From: Tubiluchus corallicola
Taxonomy: Eukaryota; Animalia; Priapulida
Length of the DNA: 21,552 nt
NCBI GenBank assembly: GCA_030141605.1
Contig: JAQGDQ010001903.1
Span: 1-21,552 of the forward strand
Reading direction: 5' to 3'
A program made the position numbers and the translations under genes. The notes under the pieces were generated by a model. It had not been told where the DNA came from, made no database searches, and saw nothing but the letters and a program-made list of their open reading frames with translations. This document shows positions 1 through 10,393 of the stretch, one piece after another (positions within the stretch are counted from its first letter, which is position 1; every line of letters starts with the position of its first letter).

Positions 1-1256
1 AGAGTGGAAATAAATAAACTTATATACGTTAAGGTAAAGTCAATGCTGTTTAATTTGCATGAAAAATCGAAGATGAGAAAGTACAAATCTTCTCACGAGT
101 GAGCGGGGGATAACTTCTACAGAATGCTGTAGCCGAGTGTGCGGCTTTGGGCTTGGATAAAAGCTGTTATGATGGCTACGTCAGTCACCGTGTTTTGCTG
201 CTATAGGTACCTAGACAGGAGACGCGCTAGGATCTCGCGTCATAATTGTAAACCCGGAGAGGTTGCATAGCAACAAAACAAGATATTGCGAGTTTTAGAT
301 ATTGCGAGAAGAGACAAGACATATTTTTTTCCGCTCCGTATCTAAAGTTATTTTAAGTGGCTGGGAATACGATGGAGATTATATTAGGTACGTTTTTTTC
401 ATTCCAATAATAACCCTGAAAGAGTGCCTGAACCTACAGTTTTATACTCTGCACGCATATATCAATTGTTCACCGTTTTTCCAACACGCGCGAACAAGTT
501 CGGCAACTGTCTTAATGGCTAATTATTATGTTTTTGTCCCTCACTTTCTACTTCCGCTCTGACAAATCCACGTGTTTGGCTGATCAACAGAAAATGTCAC
601 TTCTAAAAATTGGCTTGACCTCATAACCGGTGTGCGTCTTTGCGGGACCCTACCTCTCATGTGACCGAGCTGCGTGCAAGCTAACGTTGTTCTTACTTGC
701 AGAGAACTTTGTGACCTGAATACTTAGTTACTGACTTACGAATCAGTTACAGATCTGTCAGGTTATAAGTCACCTGCACATTGGACGTTTAGGCAATGGA
801 CACTTGGGCAGTTGGCACTTGAGCAGTGACACTTGAGCAGTGCCACTTGGGCAGTGACACTTGAGCAGTGACACTTAAGCAGTGACACTTGAGCAGTGAC
901 ACTTGAGCACTGACACTTGGGCAGTGACACTTGAGCAGTGACACTTGAGCAGTGACACTTGAGCAGTGACACTTGGGCAGTGACACTTGGGCAGTGACAC
1001 TTGAGCAGTGACACTTGAGCAGTGACACTTGGGCAGTGACACTTGAGCAGTGACACTTGAGCAGTGACACTTGGGCAGTGACACTTGGGCAGTGACATTT
1101 GAGCAGTGATACTTGAGCAGTGACACTTGAGCAGTGACACTTGGGCAGTGACACTTGAACAGTGACACTTGAGCAGTGACACTTGAGCAGTGACACTTGG
1201 GCAGTGGAAACGTTAAGAAGTACAAGTGGTGCAGAAAATTTTCAGAGGAGCACTAG

Positions 1257-1280
<24 letters not shown>
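1..1280 (+). repeat. Long direct repeat, copy 1 (partner at 19675..~20952); may extend left of the window
   Basis: AGAGTGGAAATAAATAAAC... at position 1 recurs at 19675. By eye about 9 substitutions plus one 1-nt indel in the first ~790 bp. Satellite variants are in the same order. Alignment is lost inside the CCTA tract. Confidence 0.97.
799..1206. repeat. 14-bp minisatellite (GACACTTG[A/G]GCAGT) x ~29
   Basis: Directly visible tandem unit. The 14-aa periodicity of the minus-strand ORFs (SLLKCHCSSVTAQV) equals 3 x 14 nt. Confidence 0.97.
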
Positions 1281-1533
<253 letters not shown>

Positions 1534-1669
1534 AGGAAAATAATGGTGAGAATTTTCGAATGTGTTGATGTTATTTAGATAAGCTATAATAAGCAACCTT
1601 TTGCAGGTAACGAATTTTAATTACTGCCAACACGCCTTTGGATTTCTATTCAGTTTATTTGTATAGGGT

Positions 1670-2280
1670 GCAGGCACAGAGAGATGGCATTGGTCGAAAT
1701 CCTTGGGTCAAGATCTTACGATGAAAGATAACCCATTCTTCAAGTGTTCCCCGGTAGGTAGGTTATGATAACTTTCTCTGTACGTTTCAACGAGTCCTTA
1801 ATACCAAAATAAATAAATATGGTAGGAATTACCGAGGAGTGTCATCAGTGGGTAAAGCTAGCTCTAAGCAAAGTTGTAGCAAAAAACAAATTGCAACAGA
1901 ATTTTTCTCATCAAATTCTGTTAGAATCTGGTCTGAGCTACCTTAAAAAAAATCGGCCAAAAATCGGGCTTAGAATTTTTTAACTCTACACCTAAATCAG
2001 AGATGGTGCATGCGGGAGCAAAAAAATTCTAGATTCTAGAGGGAAATTTTGTAATATTAACTAACAATGACTGTATCTGAGGAAGAATCTCAAGAGACTA
2101 ATGGAATCAAAACCCCGGTCCAGGAAGCCGAAGAGACTCGATGGACAATGGTATCCCGCCACCATGATCTCCAAGATGGAACGTCCCATAGTATATTAGT
2201 CATGTTAACTAATTAAGGAGCTTCCAAAAGATGAGACCTTAGAACGGATCATTAAATACGTGCTACATCTGGAGTGAGTG
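1670..2280 (+). pseudogene. Possible decayed C-terminal part of an LTR-retrotransposon integrase / 3' internal region
   Basis: Short in-frame fragments VEILGSRSY (~1693-1719) and LYLRKNLKRL..KPRSRKPKRLD (~2071-2142) resemble Ty3/Gypsy integrase tail motifs. They are interrupted by stops and lie just upstream of a PPT and LTR. Confidence 0.3.
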
Positions 2281-2282
2281 TT

Positions 2283-2294
2283 AGGGGAGGAAAG
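2283..2294 (+). other. Polypurine tract (AGGGGAGGAAAG) abutting the LTR start
   Basis: 12 purines immediately before (T)TGTGGTGA, the left terminus of the putative LTR. Confidence 0.65.
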
Positions 2295-3911
2295 TTGTGG
2301 TGAATAAATTTATAAATCGATGATTTTCGATGTTTTGGCATTAAATCTCATGCCTCCCTGATTTTATAAATAAACTTACTAATTGATCAAAGAACTCACT
2401 CAGCTGGTACGCTCGCATTTAATGACCTGTGAAAGCGTAAGAAAGATCCGTGAGAAGATGTAAGATTTATCGTTTACTTTAAGGACACCAGGATGCTAGG
2501 AGTAATTAGCTAATATTAGGTTTAGACGGATGTGTCATTTATTATAGCTATATGCACAAGTTACTCGTAATTAACGGAAACTCTGCGAGGTCACTGTTTT
2601 TCGATGAAAAGAGGACTAATAGTCTTTACGGGTTATGGCGACATCAAGGATGGGAAGTTCTAAAGAAACTCACCGATATAAAGAAATTCGATGTCCTCCC
2701 TGCTGACCATAAATCTAGCGATTGCGTGCGATGCAGAAATTACGCGAGGTTACTTCTTTAAGATATAAGCTCTGAGTTTTAGTAACTCAGCGCTCTTTCA
2801 ATCCTACCACAGTGGAAGAGACACGTGAGTGTGCGACACAAGTCACACAGAGGGCAACCTGACACAGGAGATTGGGACAGCTTCGGAAAAGTTCAGCGTA
2901 GACACTTTCTGCGTTCCTAGGATAATCTAGGCACTGGACAACGAGAGTCTCATATCAACTATTGGAGTTGACCAGGTGTACGGGGTACATTGTGGTCAAT
3001 CCGCAGAGTTAAGTAATCTTAACGCATTTGTAAACTGAGAGTAACTGTGCATAACTGTGGTTCACATAAGTTCACATTGTATCATATGATAAATGTAAAG
3101 AACACCTTAGGTGATAGAGTTGAGGAATTGTCAAGTGAGATACTTTTGGGAGCTATACATTAGTTGTACGTGTCAAAAGCGCATAAGAACAAATCTTGTA
3201 AGCTACCTAGAAGAAGTAACTATTGTAAAATCAATAAAGTTAATTCGCTTTGACATTTAACGATTGAGTTAATGTATGATATCAGAGTGTTCAAGTCAAG
3301 CAACACTATTTCCGTAATACGAATCCGATTGGTTCGCTTTAAATTAACCAATGCTCGAATTGCAGGAGCGGTGCTCGACAGCTTGAGGGAAGTAGACCTT
3401 CACTCACAACGCAACGGTCAAGGTGAAGTCTTGATAGACACGATCATTGCTTGATAGACTAATATCTAAAGCCCTCGTAGCCAGGTGAAGAAATCGCCTT
3501 GTAGCAATTAGATAATAAGCGAACATATTAAATTAAAATTCAATCTATACGATATATAGATATAAGTCACCTTGCACTATACGATCAAGATAAACGGAAA
3601 ACATTAGGTACTAAAAAGGGAAGGTGATATTGGTCTGATAACGAAGACCATACAATTTGATTATAACTGACTCACTCAGCTTGTACCTTGAATTTAATGA
3701 GTTCAGGTGTCAGAGGTTGGTGAACGGGAAAGTAGAAGATCAAAAGACACACCGACTACTTAAAGAGTTAAAATGCCAATTAATTTACATAAAAATGCGC
3801 CATGCGCTGGCAATTTGCAGATGGGCAAGTCAGGATGTTAGTTTAAACATAATTTATTTAGGATTGGATCAGACAGTTTGTACAACATGATTTAGGATCC
3901 TCACCACAACT
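2293..3911 (+). mobile_element. LTR (3' LTR of an LTR retrotransposon, ~1.6 kb)
   Basis: Preceded by a PPT. Termini form a perfect inverted repeat AAAGTTGTGGTGA (2291-2303) / TCACCACAACTTT (3901-3913). TATAA at 2764 is followed by a CTGAGTT/AACTCAG hairpin. AATAAA at 3233. No long ORF. Confidence 0.65.
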
Positions 3912-5038
3912 TTATACACTATTTACAAGAACATTTACTGTAAGAATAGACTATACTTCGTTTTTAGTATACTTTAGTATACTAAAGTTTTACTACAGTG
4001 ATACATTAGACACGTCACAATAGATTAGATATATTAGTAAGTCAAGATGTTACATAGTTAGGGTCAGTATAAGTCATTTACTGATGGTTAGTTTAACCTA
4101 TCAAGTAATATCAAATATGTCTAAGGTGATAGATAGGGTTACGAGTGTCACGGATGTCATCTGCAGGAGGTCAGACGGTGCAATACCGGGTGACCTCGGC
4201 GCAATATTTAGCTTAATGACTTTCGCTTCATAAGGAGAGTGAGAGTTCAGAGTTCGTAGACACATGCGCACTGAGTCAGATAGAGAGTGGGTGCTTACTT
4301 CTGCGAGGCGATCTTCTTAGAAGGCATATCTCAAGCTCAGCGTAGTAAGATTACTGCGTCATCTGCGTCGACAAATCTCTGATGCTGAGAAGTGTCGTTC
4401 AGGAATCAGGATCTGGCCAATAACGATTGTTAGGTTGGCCAGTCCTCAAGTTAAGTAGTTTTACTTATATTCTCTGATGCTGTAACTGTTTGTTTGGATT
4501 GTAATAACAGAGTAACTTTGGCACCATAAGTGCAAACATTACAACTTGTGAAGTATTTCATGATTAGAATTATCTCTTTGGAATTGACTGTTTAATTGTA
4601 AGCGCCTACCAGCGCATAAGGAAAGCTTTGTACTTATCGTAGAACTTTGATCTAAATTGTAAACTTAATTATAATAAATTTTTCTTAAATTTAACGTAAA
4701 TATTGAGTTGTTTAATGTTCAAAGAGTTACTGAAGGCTCACAATCGTCAAGACACTAAATCCTTGATCGAACTTGATAGATTCACACTGTAAGGCTTATT
4801 GCGGGAGCCAGCTTGATAACTCGAGAGACAAAGATCTATCCTCACAACGCAATATTTCGTGGTTTCAGTTGTGTGGGACATTATCATAGCCCTATCAACT
4901 AGACCTAAGCTCTCGGAGTCGGGCAATTGAACGAATGCCAAAATCAATTGTCTTTAAGCAATCCGTGGTGTGAATGATTCATTCGATTAATTGAAAAATT
5001 AATCAAGGTTGTTTGTAGAAGAGAAACAAGCGACAACT
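3912..5038 (+). mobile_element. Second, related LTR (5' LTR, left end not identifiable) ending ...GCGACAACT at a PBS
   Basis: Ends directly at a tRNA PBS. Shares the AGCGCATAAG...TTGTA...TAGAA...ATTGTAAA...AATAAA block (4611-4678) with the first LTR (3178-3238). Confidence 0.6.
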
Positions 5039-5055
5039 GGTGCCGTGACCAGGAT
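5038..5055 (+). other. Primer-binding site complementary to the tRNA-His 3' end (TGGTGCCGTGACCAGGAT)
   Basis: Reverse complement ATCCTGGTCACGGCACCA closely matches the eukaryotic tRNA-His 3' end (...GTCACGGCA-CCA) and follows an LTR-type ...ACA end. Confidence 0.85.
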
Positions 5056-5085
5056 TTAGTTCAGTCTTTACGAGTTTGTTAATTA

Positions 5086-6235
<1,150 letters not shown>

Positions 6236-7030
6236 TGCATCACGGAGATTGAAATCATTTTCTCTTTGTTTCACAGATGTTACTTAACGGTCACTGCACT
6301 TTACTATGAGTTTGCCTATGAAATTTCACATACAATAAAAGCGGAATGACTTAAGTTATAAGCTTATATCGTATCTAAATACTTCAGAATTCTATGGAAT
6401 TCTAATTCGAGGGAAATTACGTAATATTTGGGCTTGGTTTATTAGCCTACAAGTCAAACATGTTAAAAGCATAATTTATGTTAAAGCAAAACCGGACCCA
6501 ATCTTAAACTGTAGGTCAAAATGCTTATAATCCCACTATCATAATGATGCCATTATCATTTTAAATTACTGTATCTTGATAGAAAGATACAATGTTACCA
6601 ATTGGTGAAAACATTTTAAATAATTAATAATTTTCTTTTCTAGTTAATAAATCTTTTAAACAGGCGAGCGAAATGCTAAGTAACATAACTTTGCATTGAA
6701 AGTTTTTTGGGACTAATTTAACATTTCATTTTCTTCCCCTGATTTACGTTTGCGTAAGTGACGTCATGTAATGGCCTAACAAACGTTTACAGTATTTCCA
6801 GTTTATCTCGCTTATACTACCGTGAATTTTCTTTCTTTCTTATATTTTCTTTATAGTTAAACTTATGACTGTCAATTTAACTTTATTAAATAAATCAATT
6901 TATTAGTCACAAGCCTATAGGTCTAATTTACAAATGATTCTTACCAGGTATGAAGGCTAGGTGCTTCGAGATAAAAGGATAGTTCGCACATGCAGTTTTG
7001 CTAACGGTTAAAAGTAGAACTTGGGAAATC

Positions 7031-7049
7031 TTTTTTGCAACACCCTGTA
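7031..7049 (-). mobile_element. Single Tc1/mariner-like terminal inverted repeat (TA|CAGGGTGTTGCAAAAAA on the minus strand)
   Basis: Matches the typical CAGGGTG mariner-type terminus next to TA. Partner TIR not found. Confidence 0.4.
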
Positions 7050-8360
7050 ACTAATTTTTTGTATTTCACAGTACAATACATTAGTTTATATTTAAATTCT
7101 TGATCCACTTGATTCCGAAAAAATAAGCATGACTGATGGAAATTATTCAAATTTTTTGCCTGTTTTTAATTATGTTGACAATATTCCTACTTTTTCCTGT
7201 ATTTTACGTTTTTATTAAAATTCTGAATATAGAGAATACTATACAGTGTAAAGTATAGAAGAAATGTTTGGCTATTTCTAGTGTATTGTGTATGGTTTTG
7301 GTAGTTTCCTAAACAATTTTCGTTTTTTTCATATAATAATTTTTACATCCTATGCTGCACATAAATAATTTTTTTACCCCACTTTAAAAAGCACTCTAGC
7401 TGCGACAAGCTGAGCAATCACTGCAACCGAAGTTAAGCAACATAAAGACCTGTTATATAACATTGCACAACGTTTGAAAGTACTGTTTGTGCTATGGTAG
7501 CACACACTTCATTAACTAAGAAAAATTTGTATAATTATAACTAAATTTTCATCGGACTTGAAAATGAGGTAGTACATGAAAAACCATCCTGTCTTCCTGT
7601 AAATAGATGGCCGTTCTAACTCTGGTTCAATAAAGGGTCATTACAGCTAGCAGCATTCCAGTTAAGCCAAAACACCTGGGCTGATGCGTCATTATTCCAT
7701 GATTTCATTATGGAATCATAAATGGGACAAATGGAAAAGTAGGTAAAAATGCCACAAGTAGAAAAATAGATAAAATAACACAAATGGAAAAGTAGGTAAA
7801 AATGGCACAAATACCTACTTTTATTACCACCGATAAGAATCAAACACAATTTTTACATCTTGCACAATTTAGAAGAAGTGGTGTAGTTCTTCATTATGTA
7901 ACATATTATTCTTAATTTAGTACAGCACACTGTATATCTTACAGTATCACTGTAATTCGATTTTCGTTTTCGCAAACACGTGCAACACGCTCGTGCAATA
8001 TTTTTGCTGTTGAAAATTATGTTAGTTTGTGATGTCATCAATAGTTGGGCTCGCTCATCGTTAATTGAGGTTCAATCTATTATTTAATCAGAAACGCTTT
8101 TGCAGTATTAATTGTGCTAAAATGTATACTTTTTGCTGGATTTTAAAGGGGTAGTATATGAAAAATCATCCTGTCTTCCTTTTTCTTGTTATTTTGTGAA
8201 GCACGAAAAATTAGCCACTTCACTTGCTTTCAAATAGATTAACGATTTAGCAGTCATTGTGGTTGAGTAATGTGATAGACATGTGCACTGACAGTAATCA
8301 CAATAAGCTTGTTGTGATTAAACCAAATTAATTATTAGCAAGAAATTTCATCCATCTGTA

Positions 8361-8376
8361 CATGCGCATGCGCATG
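8361..8376. promoter_or_regulatory. Perfect palindrome CATGCGCATGCGCATG containing the NRF-1/Ewg/P3A2 consensus TGCGCATGCGCA
   Basis: Exact consensus match about 120 bp upstream of the predicted GPCR start codon, in otherwise CpG-poor DNA. Confidence 0.55.
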
Positions 8377-8494
8377 GTCCTGTACAAGCTGCGCACCTAT
8401 AGGCGATAATTATGAATACTGAAAATCAGACATGTGACTGGTGAATGTCGTGTAGCTGGATGCATATTTCATGAGAGAGGCAGAGATTTAAAGG

Positions 8495-8587
8495 ATGATG
8501 ATGTTAGACGAACATGGAGCAAACATTAGCAATGAAACAATGCCAGAGCTTCTACCACCGTGGAAATCGTTTGGAATTTTTTACCGG
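8495..8587 (+). CDS. GPCR coding exon 1 (MMMLDEHGANISNETMPELLPPWKSFGIFYR)
   Basis: ATG after an in-frame TAA (8489-8491). Two N-glycosylation sequons (NIS, NET). Ends at a GT donor (8588) in phase 0, which joins exon 2 to complete TM1 (FGIFYR|IFLCSAIVLPN). Confidence 0.75.
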
Positions 8588-8720
8588 GTATTCATAATGT
8601 TTTGAAACTTCTGGCGAGGTTTTCTACTTTTGTAGAGCTAAGTGTAATTCCTTACGATCATTTACAGTGTCTGTAATAATGGTATGCTGTTCTACGATGC
8701 TAATTTTCCAGAACATTTAA

Positions 8721-9310
8721 GTGTTATTGCTGTGGTGGTTGTTTTTATTGATACTGTTGTTATTGCTTCTGCTGCTGCTGCTGCTATTATTGCCATTGCT
8801 ATTGGTGCAGTTTTTGGTGATGGTGGTTGTTTTTATTGATATTGTTGTTACTGTAGTTATTGCTTTTGCTGCTGCTGCTATTGCCAATGCCGCTGGTGTT
8901 GCCGTTGCTGCTGGTGGTTGTTTTTATTGCTGTTGCTGATGTTATTGCTTTTGCTGTTTTTGCTGCTGCTGGTGCCATCGCTGTTTGTGTTGCTGTTGCT
9001 GCTGCTGCTGCTGTTGTTGCTATTGCTGTAGGAGTTGCAGTTGTTGCTGCTGGTACTGCTGTTGTTCTTGCCATTGCTGTTGGTATTGCTGTTGCTGCTT
9101 CTGCTGCTGCTGGTGGTATCACTGATGCTGCAGTTGCCATTGCTGTTCGAGTTGCAGTTGCTGCTGTTGTTCTCTTTGCTGTTGCTGCTGTTCTCGTTGC
9201 CGTTACTGTCATTGCTGCTCCTGTTGTTGTCGTCATGACCGTTGCTGCTAATATCATCACTGCTTGCTTTTATTCTATTTTCCTCTCGTTAATAACTGAT
9301 GCTATTACAG
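8721..9310. repeat. Degenerate trinucleotide low-complexity tract (GCT/GTT/ATT/GGT) in the GPCR intron
   Basis: Visible 3-nt periodicity; gives poly-Leu, Ala/Val and Ala/Thr ORFs in several frames. Confidence 0.85.
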
Positions 9311-9424
9311 TTTTCACAATTGTTATCGTCAAATGTTTTTGCAATTATTTCTGCTGTTTGTCGAAAGTAGTTGTGCCAATTGTGCTCTGGAATTTCTTCT
9401 AATTATTATTTTTTACTTTTTCAG

Positions 9425-10393
9425 ATTTTTTTGTGCTCTGCGATTGTCTTACCGAACGCGACCGTTGTCATTGCCATTTCAAGACAACGGCATTCCGTTT
9501 TCCGCCAAGTGAAGTACTTGTTTGTCTTAACTCTTGCTACAGCTAATTTGATGGTTGGACTTCTGTATGTCATGTATGTAATGATTCGTACAATCAAAGC
9601 TTTGCACATACTGGCGCTGTGCAAGACATATTTTGGACTATTGTTTGCGGCTGGACAAGTGTCTACCATTACGCTGCTAGCTATAGCCATGGACCAGTAC
9701 ATTGCCATTGTCCATCCGTATCAGTATGAGAAAACAGTTACCACGTACAGAGCAAAAGTTGCCATCTTGATTTACGTCACTGTTTCCGTCATTTACTCGC
9801 TGCTAGTTGTTATAAACGATGCTGAGTCTAGTCAAGAATGCCGCTTTGTAAACGTTTATCCCTTAGAAATGTTAATATCGATGAATTTAACAATGGTTTA
9901 TGTTCCTTTTCTTATCATGGTTGTACTGTATACTCGAATTTTTCTCATTGCCCGTCGACACATTCGGTCCATTCAAGCTCAGCAAGAGACTGTCGAAGCC
10001 CAGCCTAGAAGCTTGAAGAAATACAAGAAGGAGATTAACATTGCAGCAACTTTCGCTCTGCTTGGCGCCATATTTTTCTTCAGCAACGTGTTCTTCTTTA
10101 CGCAGTCGGCCATTAACATTGCCCAGGGGAAATTCGTGTACAACATACAAAAATCTGGACCACTTGTTGTCATGAGAACGTTCTGTGATCCCATCATTTA
10201 TGCATTACGTCATCGCCAGTTCCGGCAGGCATTCAAAAGGGTTTATGTTAATTGCTTTACGCAGAAAGACGATCTTGATAATGATGTTTCATTCACGGCT
10301 GACACAAATGTGCCACCAATCGACACTTCAGTCGGCAGCAAAGCTAGACAGCATCAAGTTTCTACAGTACACGCCAGCGTGTCGCTAAAATAA
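9425..10393 (+). CDS. Rhodopsin-class (class A) GPCR, coding exon 2; orphan, adenosine/melanocortin/amine-receptor-like architecture
   Basis: Seven hydrophobic segments. Motifs LATANL (TM2), C3.25 plus an ECL2 Cys, AIAMDQYIAIVHPYQY (TM3), P...LYTRIFLIARRH (TM5), DPIIYALR and helix 8 FRQAF. Acceptor TTTTACTTTTTCAG ends at 9424, with a CTAAT branch point near 9400. Confidence 0.95.
   Translation: MFLCSAIVLPNATVVIAISRQRHSVFRQVKYLFVLTLATANLMVGLLYVMYVMIRTIKALHILALCKTYFGLLFAAGQVSTITLLAIAMDQYIAIVHPYQYEKTVTTYRAKVAILIYVTVSVIYSLLVVINDAESSQECRFVNVYPLEMLISMNLTMVYVPFLIMVVLYTRIFLIARRHIRSIQAQQETVEAQPRSLKKYKKEINIAATFALLGAIFFFSNVFFFTQSAINIAQGKFVYNIQKSGPLVVMRTFCDPIIYALRHRQFRQAFKRVYVNCFTQKDDLDNDVSFTADTNVPPIDTSVGSKARQHQVSTVHASVSLK

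Noticed and set aside
127-205. tRNA or SINE-like start (GTAGCCGAGTG resembles an A box)
   Set aside because: No B box (GTTCRA) and no cloverleaf could be formed.
763-1225. Cys/His-rich ORFs (KCHCSS repeats) resembling metal-binding proteins, also at 20438-20898
   Set aside because: The same peptide appears in all three minus-strand frames because the unit is 14 bp; this is a satellite translation artefact.
2552-4947. 60-77-aa ORFs within the LTR region
   Set aside because: They are short, have no recognisable domains, and are expected by chance.
9371-9424. ORF-track N-terminus MCQLCSG... of the GPCR
   Set aside because: It starts at a GTG and overlaps the branch point and polypyrimidine tract, so it is intronic.
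9421-10388. Short ORFs overlapping the GPCR exon on the other strand or frames
   Set aside because: They are shadows of the real coding sequence with no independent motifs.
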